Assembly: GCF_009914755.1 (NCBI RefSeq)
Contig: NC_060938.1
Source: the human T2T-CHM13v2.0 reference genome, Homo sapiens
Length of the DNA stretch: 64,000 nucleotides
Strand: one strand, 5' to 3'
The notes under the pieces are model-generated. The model saw only the letters and a list, made by a program, of their open reading frames with translations, was not told the origin of the DNA and did no database searches. This document shows, in pieces, positions 30,776 through 45,150 of this stretch. Both the position numbers and the translations under genes were made by a program. The stretch's first letter is position 1; every line of letters starts with the position of its first letter.

Positions 30776-33064
30776 AGAAACCTCGAGAAGTATCTGGAAC
30801 ATGCTGCATCTTCCTAAAACTGTAACTATAGTTATTCTTAAAGGTTGCAAAATGGTTAATTTCATTATGAGGAGATTTGGTATCACAGTTCCAGAGGTAC
30901 TTTTAGTTAAGTCATATTTTAAAAAATACCCCTACTGAACATGGTGGGGAGCACATATTATCAGACATCAGTGGTTCCATTTTGCCACCTCCAGCATTAT
31001 CGAGGAGTTGGGGAATGTTCAAATTGCACTTTAACTCTCTCAGGATTAAGAAAAAAATATATAACCTGAATGATAGGCTATAGGTTAATTAGTTCAAAAG
31101 CCAACGGAGTACTTGATTTTAAGTTCAACTTGAAAATTTAAATTTATTTCTCAGTTCAGTGGACTAGTAATGTTAATAGCTAATATTAATTGAGCGACTC
31201 CTTATGCTAGGCACTTGATTTCCTAGCCTAGATATTTCTTCATTTAGAAGAGATTTCTTAGAGTCCCTGGGACAATGATCTTTGGGTAGGCAATAACTAT
31301 CATGCTTTCTCCTCAAATTAAAATTCAAATCAAGCTCTCCTTTGACTTTGGGTATGCCAACACCTGGCAGCTACATTGACATCCATGTCTCAGCAGGCCA
31401 TTTATAACTCTCTAATTTTCCCATCTCTCTGATGGCTGTATTTTCATGAGTTCCTCACCAATGTGTAAAGCCTTTAAAGTTTAGTGGATGTGCATAGTCA
31501 GATGAGAATTTTCAGGGACCAGCTGTGCTACTGTGATGGTCATTTGCACCACCACTGGGACATTTCTTCTTGTCCAATTTTTATCTATGTGATGACAAAG
31601 CAGAGGAAATATTGGATAGTTAAAACTGTTAACACAGAATGATATAGCTGAAAAGCTTATAAATAGAGTAACAGGCTGCACAGGACTAAAAGCAATAATT
31701 TCATCATGGGAAAGTTGCCTAAAGGTCTTATTTCACATTCTGATGATGTAGCAGATCTAGACACCAGCATTTTAGAGTAATACCTGAACTGCCAAACATT
31801 AACCAGAAATCATTGTCCATGATACAGGTGGCAATCTATCATCGTAAATGTCACTATAGGGAAGACCTAAAAGCCAAATAAAACAAAAAAAGACGAGACA
31901 CAGAGCTCATCCAACTGAACTTTGCTCTCCAGAGGAATGGTAAATTCAGATTATAATTGGGTGACTTCTGCTTTTTACAAGTTCTCAAAAACTTCTCTGG
32001 CCCTGGGTGGTGGTGTTACGGCCCTGCATGATTACATATCACATCCCATTACAACACAAGCAGTCTTTGGATGACATAAAAGTTTTGCAACTTTTAAATC
32101 ATGGCCCATGTTTTTCAAAAGATAAGCTCAACATGATAAAATTTCAAAGTAGCACCAATAATAGAGTTGGATTCATTCTCGGAATCAGTACTAACTAAAT
32201 AAGCTCTCTCTCTTGAGTTTATTTTTTATTTTTTTTGCAAATAATCTTTCAAATAAAACCAAAACTAATCAAAGATCACAAGCTAAATACATGAGCTTCC
32301 ACTTTTGATCTAATATCCTTATTTCTATCAATGATATGATAAAAATGTCATATTAATTTTTTTCAAAATAAAACTTAAATATAATGCTTATCTGATCAAA
32401 AAGCCTCCAGGACACTTGTCCCAGAAATAAAGCCTAAATCATCAGCAGAATGTTTAATTTTCCTAAGTGACCCCCAACTTAACTTTCCACACTTTTTTTC
32501 TACCATTTCCACATACCTCCAAAATTCATACCTAAGTCACAGCCACATGGATCAGTTGCTATTTCTCCAATGTGTCATATACTTTTTCTTCTCTGTATCT
32601 TCTGCTTAAAATGACTGACACTCTTCTGCATAAACAATTCTAAATTATCCTTAAACCTCAGCTCAACTACAACTAACAGAACTTGTTGCTTTTTCCTCTA
32701 TCTGTACACAGTGCCTATATCAGACCTGCCACATTGTGCTGGCTTCTGACTGTATCACAGACAGCAATCAACTCTATTTTGTCTTTGTATCTCCAGCACT
32801 CAAAATATCATTTGGGAGGCAGTAAACAATAATTTATTTTTTCTTAATGAATCATTCCCAGGACTACTGTGTACATCAGGACATCTAGGGCCCACAATTC
32901 AGATAGACTGTGATTTAAATAGAAACCTTGCAGTTGTGAAGTGTACATTAAGAACAACCTTACATAGCAGCGTGTCACTCACTCATGCTAACATATTTAT
33001 ATTCTTGCATGATAAATTTTAATGTTTTCTGCATGCCCTCCTCCATCAGTTGTGGAATCCTAAC

Positions 33065-33445
33065 AAGTCAGTATAAGCTAGGTTTTGCTGCAGTAACAAG
33101 TACCCAATTTCAGTACTTTGATATACAAAAGTTAACTTCTCACTCATACTACATGTCTGATACAGTTGGCAGGAAAACTTCATAGTCCATCAGGGAACAG
33201 AGCTGACAGAGGTTCCACCTTGACACATGAATTCATAATCACCGAGGCATTAAAATCAGAATGCAGCAGATTATGTACTAGTTACTAGAGCTTCTATTTG
33301 GATGTAGCACACACACTCCTAGTCATACTTCACTAGCCAAATGTAATCAAGTAGCCATTAACTTCAAAGGTGCCAAAGGAAATCCAATTTTACCATGTGC
33401 TATAAAGAAAAGAAAAACATTTAAAAATGTCTTTATTGACAGGTA
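33065..33445 (-). mobile_element. Old MLT1 (K/L-like) LTR
   Basis: GCTAGGTTTTGCTGCAGTAACAA...CATACTTCACTAGCCAAA...TACCATGTGC. Confidence 0.55.
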
Positions 33446-33719
33446 CAGTCAGCTCCTTAATATCTCACAATTTCTCCTATTCATACTCCATTTAATTGTT
33501 TTAACTCTTTTTTACTTCATCCTTGGACTATTGTAGCAGCTCACTTAACCTTCCTGCCTTCTTTTTCTTTATCCCACTTTGCCCTCAGCCCTTCTCCCTA
33601 TGACCAACAGGTTAGCCACCCTAAAGCGCAACTCTTTACTTCTTTCAAGAAGGTATTTTTAATTAATACCTTTAGTGATTCCCCACCAACGATGAAATTA
33701 GGCCCCAGTTTCTTCCTTC

Positions 33720-34295
33720 ATTAAATCTTTCCTTCCATTTATTCCACAAACAGCATTGACTACTTAAGAGGGATGAAAAACCATATGAAACACTGAAAGA
33801 ACAAAGAAAAATAGTTCCTGGACATAATAGACCTCATCGTTAGATAGGGGAGTTGGCCACAAAGAAAATGAGGGCAAGTCAGTGTGATGAGCTTGATGCT
33901 AAAGTGGCATAGTTCAGTGGTAACATCAAGGAGAAAATGACTTTGATGGGAGATCAGTGAAGGCATCTCTGAGGAGGAGATGTTTAAGGTAGTTCTGGGA
34001 TTTTGAACACATGTTTTCCAAGCAAATATAGTTGGAGACAGAAGAATGGAGGATGGATGAGGAACATGGAGGCATAAAAGTTAGGTATGTTGCAAGAAAT
34101 ACCAATGTTTCTATAAGCTGGAATTGAGGTTAGTGTGGTGGTGGGATAGGAAGAGTTCTGAGGGGATAGAAAGTACAACTGAAAAGAGAGATTGAGACAA
34201 ATTAAGAAACAGAGAAGGCTTAAATGTTAATATTAAGGAGTCTGGCTTTTTGTCCTTTGGGAAATGTGTAATTATTGAATAGTGAGCCTGAGAAG
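33720..34295 (-). mobile_element. L2 fragment
   Basis: ATTTATTCCACAAACAGCATTGA, GGAGATCAGTGAAGGCATCTCTGAGGAGG, GGAGTCTGGCTTTTGTCCT. Confidence 0.6.
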
Positions 34296-37200
34296 AAGAA
34301 GACTTGGTGTGGAAACATTGGCCACATTCAAGTATGTTAAGTGCTGTCATTCATGAAGACAAATCTAGTTTTAGTAGCTCCAGATTGCAAACTGTGGAAA
34401 TTATAAAAAGTACCAGATTTCAAGTCAGCTGGAGAAAGAACGACTTGAGGTGCATTTCATTGTTGTATGAAATTTCCAGTAAAATGTTGGATATTTTGCA
34501 TTTTATAAATGTTTTTTAAATGAGTGAAATAAGTTATAAGCATTAGATTGATTTGGCAAAAAAATGTGTAAAGAGGCTGAAGCTTTGATAAAATTGTAAT
34601 GAAAACTAGAATTTGGAATTTAAGATGCATATCATGGAAAAGTAGGATGCAAATGTCACTATTAGTGCGTATAAATCATGTTGGAGCTCACCAAGCTCTG
34701 ATAAATTAATACAATTTTCCCAGGTAGCTACCTGGAACTACCTACTGGTAGCTGTTTTACAAATGTAGGTTGCTTTACAGTTTAGATCTCATTTCATACA
34801 CTCATCTCACTCAATCCTCATAATAGTCTTCAGTGCTTAGAATTGACAAGTCAGGAACTCATCCAAGACATGTTAATTGGCTTGCCAAAGACAGCAAAAC
34901 CTAAAGTGGAAGAGGTGTGACTTGAACTCACATTTACCTGTGCTGTTTCTGATATTTATACCCATTACCCAAAAGCTACAGGAAAACCTTGATTTCAGTT
35001 CCAGGAACTTACATTTGAATTAAAATTTACTGCCGAAACTAGCTCAGTGCTTTTCAGGATGATCATAATGCAGATACTAACTAATGATTTGCTAACAATG
35101 GAGGTAGACATAATCTGATGGGATTGATCAAATGTGGCTCCGGTTGCCCCAGAAGTAATTTCCATAGACTACACAGAGAACCTAATTATGTAAATCACTC
35201 GAGAGATCCCCAACTGACCTTCTTGACAAGAACTAACCAGCAGTGATCAGTGGGAAGAAAAATAAAATTGAAACCTGGATCATTTCCTCAGACAAATCTA
35301 GAGTTGATTACACCACCACTTGAATTTGGATGCTGCAGCTCTGACTGGGAGCTATAACATGTTGATTCAAACTCTCTAAATGGGCTGATGTATAGATTTA
35401 CCAGGAAGTAAACTAAAAAGAGACCTGTTTCTGTATGACCTACTTTTATGTTTATTAAAATTTGAAATGTTTTTTAAAGTGTTGATAAACTTCAACTGGC
35501 AAGGAAAAAAAAAGTCACCCTGTATTTTCTAATCAAGGAGGATTAAAAGGCTGTGAAACTATATCCAATGCACAAATGTTGTAATTGCAATAAATATTTG
35601 TCCTTTCTGTTTTCTCTACAAACTCAAAAATCCTAGAGTCTGTGTTTGGCACATTCGGGAGATTACAGCCATCTGCTGGGAGACAAAGCTGTCAATTATA
35701 AAGCAATCTGGCTTTCTGTTCCATTCCATTTCCAGGTTAAATATGGCCCAATTGAGGTAGGATCTTTTTATTATTATTATTACAATTGGAAGCTTCTTGG
35801 TACTGTCCAACCTTTGACCCTATTCTCAGGATCCCAAGAGAGATTTACATGTCTCTGAACTTGGAGTTTGCAACACAAGGTCAACCATGTCTTATACAAG
35901 CCGTTTAATAAGGTAAACCACTCTTAGGCAGGGCTCTGAGCTCGTTAGCCAACTTGAACACAAGATGAGGGTTTCATTCAATTAAAGTGTGCTTTAGCCT
36001 GAGGAGGAAAATCATAGCAAATAGAAACTAATAAATAGAGACAGGGGTATCTTCTGTTTGCTGGGGTGATGAGCATTTAAAACAGAGGCTTTAAGGTTTG
36101 AAAACAGTACAAAAATGCTCCATGAAACATGGAAATTAATAGCCAATTTAATAATGTAAGATTCGGCAACATTGAGGAGGGACAGTTCAAAACCACAGCA
36201 GAAATATTTTAATAGAAGAGGCAGTTGGCCCTAAAACTGCGGACACTAAAGACCTAATGGAAGTGAATTAGCCTTTCTTTCGGCCAGATTCCAAGCCTGA
36301 AAATTCACCCTGTTTCCTTTAATTCTTCCTGCAGTTTTACTGGAAACAGTTACCTTGTGTTTTGTCCTAAAACAGTTAAATTGCCTTTCAACAGACTTTT
36401 CAGAAAATCTTGTGTTCCTCAGCAGGAGTGGAAACAAGAATTGGCTTTTAAGCAGACATGTAAAAGTAGAGAAGAAAATTTTTCTCATCTAGATCTGTGC
36501 TTGGGTCAAGCCTGAGGGCACCTCTAAGGAGTCATTGAAAGCTAATAATTAAGAATCTGTTTATATAACACTAATCACATGATTATCTGGAAGAATTCTC
36601 CAGCAAGACCATTAGTGACCAGAGGGAAGTGAAAATGATCCTTTAAATTTTCCCAAGTGCACCTGATTCCTCACCTCAATTCAATTCACACCCATATCTT
36701 GCATTTCAAAATAGTGACCTAATCTTGGTCCATAATTTTACCCACTGACTCTTGCAATCAAGGGGGATAAAAGACTATTTTACAGGTGAAGAGCCCACTG
36801 GAACCTAATTGAAAAATTGCTAATACTTCTCAGTTAAATATTAACATACTTATGTAAAAGGATTCAGTTTAAAAGAAATTGGGTAATAATTAAGGGCATC
36901 TGGCTCTAGCTCATGGATGCAGCTTTGGCCTCTGGGTTCAGTAAGAAGGTTAGGTTGGATTTCAAAGTCATCCTCAACTTTCCAGCTGACCATATTCTCC
37001 CATATGGTGACCACTTACCATCACAGGATCCCTAAAGCCGTTATTTCATTTGCTGTTCTTCTCTCTGGCTTCTCTTACCCAGCCATCAATATTTATGTGT
37101 CCCAGGTCTGCTTCTGTCAACTGGGTTAAATGTTAATCTCATAGTGAGGATCAGCTGACTAATCTTACTGTCCAGCACACCAGTTCTTAGCTTCAGTGTC

Positions 37201-37385
37201 ATATTATACTGCTAGGTCATAAGCAACTGTGAGGTTTGTCACAATCAACTTGACACCTTTACAGAGATTCCTCTGGTAAAGGGCTTTCAACTTCAGTGCT
37301 TTCATAGATATAAATGAAGCTTCACTGCAAAAGTATATTAACATTTTTGTCTCCAACAAATGGGATCAGTGATCCTGCAGATAAG

Positions 37386-37927
37386 TGTTAAGAAAGATCA
37401 GGATTTGCCATCCCAACATTTGCTACTTTGGCACAAGTATTATTCTGAACTGAAGGCAATTGAGAATCAACAGATGCAGGAAGAGTTCTCTGCCCTCCCC
37501 TTATCTACCTAAAAACAGGGCATACATTTCCCTTTGTGAAGGTACCCCCATCTTACCAGAAAGTGAAGACCAACTCTTATCATTGGAGATGGAACATTTA
37601 TGCAGAGATGAGTTTCTATAAACAAACTGAACTAAAATAACCCTTATCTTTCATTAGTTCCACAAGATATTTCCTAGTTACTTTCCCATGACTTATTGTC
37701 CTTTGAAGCCCAAATCTCCTTTCCTTTGTTAAAGTGGTATATAACCCCTGAGTTTAACTGCTTCTTTGAGTTTCACTTATTTTCTATGACTCTAGTATAC
37801 ACATAAATGTTAATAAAAAGGTATGCCTTTGCCTTTTCTCCTGTTAACATGTCTTTTATTAGTTTAATTCACAGGCCCCCAGTTACTGAGCCTAAGAAGG
37901 CAGAAGAAAAATCTTTCCTTCCTGACA
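37386..37927 (+). mobile_element. MER34-family ERV1 solo LTR
   Basis: GATCAGGATTTGCCATCCCAA..TTGCTACTTTGGCA..AAG.ATTATT.TGA.CTGAAGGCAATTGAGAA. TATATAA at ~37738 and AATAAA at ~37812. Ends TTTCCTTCCTGACA. Confidence 0.75.
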
Positions 37928-38206
37928 ATGTCCAGAAATTAAATTTCAACATTGTTTGCCCAAGATTAATATAGGAGGAGGAGAGAAGTATATTTGAGAC
38001 TGTAAAGCCTACATACAGTAAAGTTACTGTTGCTGAAAATTTTTCTCAGAGCTATGAATTATAGTTCAGACTCAAGGCTATTTGCACATCATAAAGGCGA
38101 ATGTCAAGGAAGAGAATGATGATAACCAACGAAGTTTGTAGAGGACATGAATTCCCTGTGTGGCACCCACTGCTTAATAACCTACAATATCTATTATCTT
38201 TTTCTT

Positions 38207-38506
38207 TCTTTTTTTTTTTTTTTTTGAGACGGAGTCTCACTCTGTCGCCCAGCCTGGAGTGCAGTGGCGCGATCTCGGCTCACTGCAAGCTCTGCCTCCC
38301 GGGTTCACGCCATTCTCCTGCCTCAGCCTCCTGAGTAGCTGGGACTACAAGCGTCTGCCACCCTGCCTGGCTAATTTTTTGTATTTTTAGTAGAGACGTG
38401 GATTCACCATGTTAGCCAGGATGTTCTCGATCTCCTGACCTCGTGATCCACCTGCCTCGGCCTCCCAAAGTGCTGGGATTACAGGTGTGAGCCACCGCAC
38501 CTGGCC
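38207..38506 (-). mobile_element. AluY element with TSD
   Basis: AluY diagnostics. TSD TCTATTATCTTTTTCTT at 38190-38206 and 38511-38527. Confidence 0.92.
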
Positions 38507-38559
38507 CAGCTCTATTATCTTTTTCTTATTCATAACTATTAATTCCTTATCAGGTCTTG

Positions 38560-39020
38560 TTTTATTCAGGACCCCAGTGTTTAACTGTTTAGGCCAGTTA
38601 AAATAATTTTCCCCCTCAGACTCCCTTGCAACTAAGAAATTATGTGGCTTTGTTGTCACTAAGGAGGGGAGGCTTCCAGGCAGGGAATGAGAATGCTACT
38701 GTTTTCCTGTCAAAAAGGAATAAATTCAGCCAGCATGAACATCTTGCTGTTTATTCTTCTCTTATTTTTTCTGCTAGAATCAAGACAAAATGTCTGGAGT
38801 CTAGCAGCCATTTTACAATCATGAAGTTAAAAGGTACAAGCTAAGGGTGGTGGACCAGCAGGTAGAAGGAATCTAGTTCTTTGATGACTTCCTAGAGCCA
38901 CTGCACCAATTTTGGACTGCCACCTCTGGAATTCTTGTTATATAAGAAAAATCTTTATTTGCTTCAGCTCTTGTCAGGGTTTCTATTGCATGCCACCATC
39001 ACAATTCCAAGTGACACACA
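38560..39020 (+). mobile_element. Old MLT1 (J/K-like) LTR
   Basis: TTCCCCCTCAGACTCCCTTGCAACTAAG, GCAGCCATTTTACAATCATGA, GAGCCACTGCACCA..TGGACTGCC.ACCTCTGGA. Confidence 0.6.
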
Positions 39021-41129
39021 CTGCTATTGATGACATATGTTTGTTTTGGTGAGAAAAGGGCTTAAAAGGTCTGATTTTAAAGCTGAAGGATCAGATTTTA
39101 AATCTGCAGGATCAGCTCACATTTCTCTTCAGGAACACGTACTGGATGAAACAAGTTAATTTTTTCCTTTGTAGCTATGGATTTATAAAAATAAAAGAAG
39201 AAAGAAGAAGGCTTACATAGAGACATTTTGGCTATTTATTTTCTTTGTCAAAGAGCTAAGATTAGGAAATTATTTCTCTCTATATCAATTAACACTCACT
39301 GAAGAATATTTCCTATAATAATGCCTTCCTCCCTCCCTCCATTGTCCGTGGAAGTTTGCCAGTTACAATAGAAGGGTGGAGCTCCAAGTAACAACTTGGA
39401 ATTGGGCACAGTCATGAACACACCTTGGAAGTCTATCTGGTTTGAGAATATCCTTGGGCATATTTGCACAGGGAAATAGTTTTAAACTGCTGGAAATAAT
39501 AAAGTCAGCTGGTATTAGTTCTCTGAATTGACACACTTCAATTTTTATAATCTATCTTTAAAATGCAAAATCTTGATCCAGCAAAGTGCTGTGGGGGAAG
39601 AAGAAGGTGAATATTTGGGGGAATTGCAACTTTTCAGTATTCTTCAACATTTTCTCTACCTCCATGGCTAAGCTCTTCTAGCATATGAATGCTACATGGA
39701 GTCTATGCTGGTGGAAAAGCTAAAGGAGGAAAAAGATGTGACCTTCTTTACAGTACTTTGATTATGCATCCTTAAGCTCTCCTCAGTAGGTCTGCTTGCA
39801 CAGTAGTCATTCCTTAGAAATCCTGCCATCAGGTAGAGATTCTATCATCAGTTTTGTGACTTGGAAAATTCCATTGCTGCCTCACTGTCACTGGCAGGAG
39901 CCACACTCATCAATCAGCATCACTTCCCCAAAGCTCTGTTTGCAATCAAAAGGACCAAAGGTCTCCTTGTTTATAATTATGCCAGGGAAACACCCCGCTA
40001 GAACTAGATCCACATGGGATCACCAGCATCACACATCCTCACCCCAACACCCAGCTCATAAAGAATACACACTCTTCTGTTGCCTAGAGAGAGCTTAGCA
40101 AGCTGCTTAATAGCTACACAGAAACCCTACACAGAACTGAAATGCAAAGGCATGTAACGGATCTGATAGAATGGCAGGGGAAATTTCAGATGGCAGAATG
40201 TAATTACCTAAGTTACTGAGGTTAAATAAACACCACACTCTCTTATCTAAAAGATGTCCACGATCTTCAGTATCCATAAATGACCTGGATCTTAGTTTTA
40301 TAACTCCATGGTTGAGAGGGAGGCAATTCTCCAGCAGCACAGGAGCCTTTCGCTTGGAAACTCTTGTTTCTCATCCGGCACCACCTGTGTGTCCCCTTGG
40401 CTGCCCCCCAGCCAGGTGCTCATGCAGCCAAACCCAGTGAGCCCATAAAAGTGGCCAGAGATGCAGCAGAAGGTGTCGGGCTTTCTGGCCCCTGGTTGAG
40501 GCCATCTGGACTCTCCGTTACACCTGTTTGGGAGGGTTTCCGTGGCATGATTTACAAATGTAAATGCAACTCTGGAAATATTCCTGTCCAGTGCGTATCT
40601 CTTGCTTTCACTTTTGGAGGAGTTAATTATGCAACAAGATCATTTCTATGCCCATTTTCCTCTTCCATTATAAACTTTAGATGGTGAAAAATGTGCTTCT
40701 CAGTATTTTTTTAGTGAATGAACAGATGTAAAAGTGCTTTCAATTCCTTAATAAATGTGACATTAGGCCAGATTTGATATTACACTAAGTCTCACATAAC
40801 ATTTAAAAATGGGTTTTTTCAACCATAAAATTACTAATTGATCTGTCTTGTAAAAAGATAAAGGAAATGAATGCCTATTTGAGTTTCATTTCTGTCAGGC
40901 TCCCGATTTCTTATTTTATGTAGCAGAAAATGAATTTTAATGAAGCAGCCTCCAAATTTCAAAATATGCCATTACCCTTCCGAAGTAATTGGCATATTTG
41001 ACTGCCTTTGCCTTTCTTAGAGTCTGTCTGACATTCTAATCTTGAAGTCAATGTTCCATTCAAGATGTTCTTCTGCATACCATCTGAAAGAAGTAAATTA
41101 GAACAAGGGGAAGAACTACAACAGAAAGC

Positions 41130-41485
41130 ACTCATTCATTTAGGCATTCAAGAACTTATATATGGAATCCCCATTGTATATCAGGCACTGTTTCAGATGC
41201 TACAGAAGACAGTAGAGGGCAAGATAGTGAAAAATCCCTGCTCTCATGAAGTTTCTATTTTAGTAGAGTGGGATAATACAAAAACATAGACAAATACTGT
41301 ATGCAACATCCAAGTGATAATCAATGCTATAAGGAAAAATAGTGCACTTTAATGGGTAGGGAAGGGCAGAAGAGAGGACCGTTGTATATAATTTTTTATA
41401 GAGGGAAGCCCACACAGACTTCTCTAGGGAGATGATGGTTGAGCAGAAACCTGAATGAAGTGAGAGAATGACCCATACTGGGAAA
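41130..41485 (-). mobile_element. L2 fragment
   Basis: CATTCATTTA..CATTCAA, CAGGCACTGTT, ATCCCTGCTCTCATGAAG, TTGAGCAGAAACCTGAATGAAGTGAG. Confidence 0.7.
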
Positions 41486-41781
41486 GAAAATCAACAGATA
41501 GAATAATCTTTCTTCTATATTTTTTGCCCACTTGGTATGTATAAGGAGAAAAAAAATGGCTTTTTTCAAAGCAAGTCTAGTTATTTTGTCTAATCTGGGA
41601 GGATACTGAGTGGGTGAAGGAGGAAGGCAACTTTGATTGAGTACCTACCTATCATGCCAGAATATGCATCATTTATGCTTTTCATAAATGTGTGTGACAA
41701 CTCTCTGAGGCTGATGATCTGAGCCTAATTTTACAACTGGGGAAGCAGAAGCTTAGGGGCAGGTAGCTTGGTAGTAGAATG

Positions 41782-42008
<227 letters not shown>

Positions 42009-42009
42009 T

Positions 42010-42136
42010 ACATTTATATAGAGACAGGGTTTCACTATGTTGTCCAGATGGTCTCGAACTCCTGGCCCCAAGGGATCCTCCTACCTCAGCTTCCCAAAGT
42101 TCTGAGATTACAGCCTTGAGCCACCATGCCTGGCCT
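42010..42136 (-). mobile_element. Alu left monomer (FLAM/AluJ-like)
   Basis: AGAGACAGGGTTTCACTATGTTG...CCCAAAGT.CTGAGATTACAG...CCATGCCTGGCC, with no right arm. Confidence 0.85.
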
Positions 42137-42492
42137 ATTTATTTTATTTGTATAAATTTAAGGGATTCAAGTGCAGTTTTGTTACATGGATATATTGTGT
42201 ATGGTGAAGTTTGCACTTTCAGTGTAACCATCACCAAAAGAATGTACATTGACTACTTTTAAGTAATTTTTCATCCCTCAACTCTCCACCCTTCTGAGAC
42301 TCTGATGTCTATTATTCCACGCTCTATGTCTGTGTGTATACATTATTTAGCTCCCACTTGTGAGTGAGAACAAGTGGTATTTGATTTTCTGTTTCTGAGG
42401 CGTTTCACTTATGATAACAGCCTCCAGTTCCATCCATGTTGCTGCAAAAGACATGATTTGTTCTTTTTTATGGCTGAATAGTATTCCATGGT
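42137..42492 (-). mobile_element. L1MA (2-4-like) 3' end
   Basis: TATTTGTATAAATTTAAGGG..CAAGTGCAGTTTTGTTACATGGATATATTG...TTAGCTCCCACTT.TGAGTGAGAACA. Confidence 0.8.
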
Positions 42493-42565
42493 GTGTGTGT
42501 GTGTGTGCGCATATACACCTATACATACATACATATATATCTTCATATATATATACACATACACT
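42491..42565 (+). repeat. Compound (TG)n/(TACA)n/(TA)n microsatellite
   Basis: Directly visible. Confidence 0.85.
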
Positions 42566-42574
42566 ATTGTGAAT

Positions 42575-42975
42575 AGTTGTTGCTACATTACAAACTTCTA
42601 AATTCTATGGCTTAAAATAAGAGCAATTGCTTGTTTTTCTTATGAACATGAATTGTGGGCAATAATTAATAGAAAGGGCTGAATCTGCTCCATGTGGCAC
42701 CAGTTGAGAGCACACCTTGAGGCTGGGTGATCAATTCCCAAGACAGCTCCCTCCATGGCTGGCAAGTTAGTACTGGTTATTTGCTGATAGATCAGCTGGG
42801 CTTGAAGGCCTGTAGGCCTTTATTTCTCTCTATGCTGATTGGACTTCCTCATAGCATGGTGACTGGGATTCTAGGGCAAGTGTTCTAAGAAAGAGAACAA
42901 GGCAGAGGAGTATTGCATTTATGATACACTTGCAGTCTTGGAAGTCTCATCAACCCAGCTCTGCATCTCACTAGT
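42575..42975 (-). mobile_element. Old MLT1 LTR
   Basis: TCTGCTCCATGTGGCA, CATGGCTGGCAAGTT, GGACTTCCTCATAGCATGGTGACTGGG. Confidence 0.6.
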
Positions 42976-43974
42976 GATGAACTTTCAGCAAATTGACAGC
43001 ACTGGAACCCTTCACAAGGACATTTTTTCCCAAATAACAGGCTTTGTCTGTTTTCATCCATTTAGTCAGCAGGCATTTTTGAGTAATTCTAGCACAATTG
43101 TTTGAAATACCTGCTGTGAAGTCCAATTGCTCAAATTTGCATTCCAATTCTGCCACTCACTTCCTGAAAAAACTTCTAATTTTTACCTAAACTCTGTGCC
43201 TCTATTTTATTAAATGCAAAACATGAGGATTTAAGGAAATTCTAGAGAACTTCTCATGCACCTAATAAGGCTACCCCTATAATTCTAGCACTTCAGCTCC
43301 ATCACCTAAAATAATCAATCTCAAGGAAGGAGCTAAAATTAGAATGATGGCCCTTCTTCTCCAAAAAGACTCTCATGTCTTATATTTCCACAAGAGGACC
43401 AAGACACACATGATATCTTTCTTCACAAACACTACTATTTTCCTATGGTTCTGTATACACCTGAATCTAACTCAAGCTCTTACTCTTCCTGATCCACTAA
43501 TCCCCTCGACTTTGCCCTTGGAAATTCATAATCTATCATCAGAAAAAAAAAAACCTACTCTCTAAGTAGTCCCCTCACCTTCTTTCTGTAAGGGAAAGTG
43601 AGTGGTTTCCTAAAGTTCTCTTCTATGATAGTTATTTCTTTACCACCACAATCCTGTGTAGCCTAGGGCTTTTTGGTGGGATGGATACCCTTTTTGTTCT
43701 TTGTTACCAGGTCTACATTATTTCTTCTTTCTACATCCCCAAATCTAATGTCCTTTGAAGCAAATGCCATCAGGCTATACTGCCTACAATCCTTTCTTCA
43801 CAAAGTCATCCATCAATGCCCCTGACCATTTCTCACCCTTTACCCAAGACTTTAGCACCTGGCTCATTCACTAGATTTCTCTCTACCAGTATTCCTGTCA
43901 CCATGTTATGTGTCTTTATCACACATGTAGATGATCCATCCACCATCTTGGCCTCTAACAATAATTCATGACTT

Positions 43975-44340
43975 CATTTTTTCAGGCTGCTGTAACAAAA
44001 ATCCCATAGCCTGTGTGGCTTAAACAGCAAACATTTATTTCTTACAGTTCTGGAGGATGGGAAGTCCAAGTTCAAGGCATCAGCAGATTCAGTATCTGTT
44101 GAGGGCCCACTTCCTGGTTCTTAGATGGCCGTCTTCTTACTGTGCCCTTACATGATGGAGGGGTAAGGATATTCTCTGGGGTCTCTTTTATAAGAATACC
44201 AATCAAATTCATGGTGACTCTATCCTAATGACCTAATTACTTCCCAAAGAACCTACCTCCTAATAACTTCACATTGGGGGTTAGGATTTTAACCTGCACA
44301 TTTTTGGTGGGGAGGGGACAAACATTCAGTCCTACACAAT
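43975..44340 (-). mobile_element. MLT1A/MLT1A0 LTR
   Basis: GGCTGCTGTAACAAAA...GGCTTAAACAGCAAACATTTATTTCTTACAGTTCTGGAGG..GGGAAGTCCAAG...CACATTGGGGGTTAGGATTT. Confidence 0.8.
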
Positions 44341-44600
44341 TCCTCTTTCAACAATCTTATCTTTTATCCCATCTCAACCACCTACTCTTATAGCCATGCC
44401 ATATCCTAGATGTCATATCTTTCCAGCTTATGTCTTTTACAACCTGGATTCCAATTATTCTCCAACCAATCAAGTGTTTTAATCCACTTTTTCTTATTAC
44501 CTCTCTCATGTTACTTACTTACACAGAGCTAAGTAGGATCACATGTCCATTATTAATAATCACCCTTCACATACTATCTCAACAACTTGACCTTCACTAC

Positions 44601-45150
44601 GTGTATATTAGTTTTATATTGCTGCTGAGACAAATTGCCATGAATTTATTATTTTAAAAGAACACTCATTTGTTATATCACAGTTCTATAGGTCAGAAAT
44701 CTGGAGGGCTCTTATCTGAAGGCTCTAGGGACTTACAAGCTCCTTCAAATTGTTGGTGAATCTAGTTTCTCAAGGTTGTAGCACTGAGATTTCTATTTCC
44801 TTTCTTGCTAGCTGCTGGCTGGAGGCCATCCATAGCCACTTTATGTCTCTCTCTAGTCCTTTCATGTGGGCCACTACATTTCAGAGGCAACAAGGTACAT
44901 CAAAACGTTCTCACAGTTTGAATTTCTTTGATCTTACCTTTTGACTCATCTCTCTGCTTTTAATGGCTCATGTTAATTATATTGGATCCATCCGGCTAAT
45001 GCAGGATAATCTCCCATCTTAAATTCAGCTGATTAATAACCTTAATTATTCTTCAAAGTCCATTCACAGCAGGACCTGGAGTTGTGTCTGAATAATGTAG
45101 GGGATGGAAATCCTGAAAGGGCATCTTTAGAATTCTGTCACCACCACCCA
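44601..45150 (-). mobile_element. MLT1 (E-like) LTR
   Basis: TGTATATTAGTTT..ATTGCTGC..ACAAATT.CCA, CAGTTCTATAGGTCAGAA, CAGGATAATCTCCC, CATCTTTAGAATTCTG. Confidence 0.7.

Noticed and set aside
34720-34735. Perfect 16-bp palindrome CCAGGTAGCTACCTGG
   Set aside because: About one 8-bp-arm palindrome is expected by chance in 64 kb.
40395-40470. Possible CTCF site
   Set aside because: Only a partial match to the core motif; not supportable without a PWM scan.
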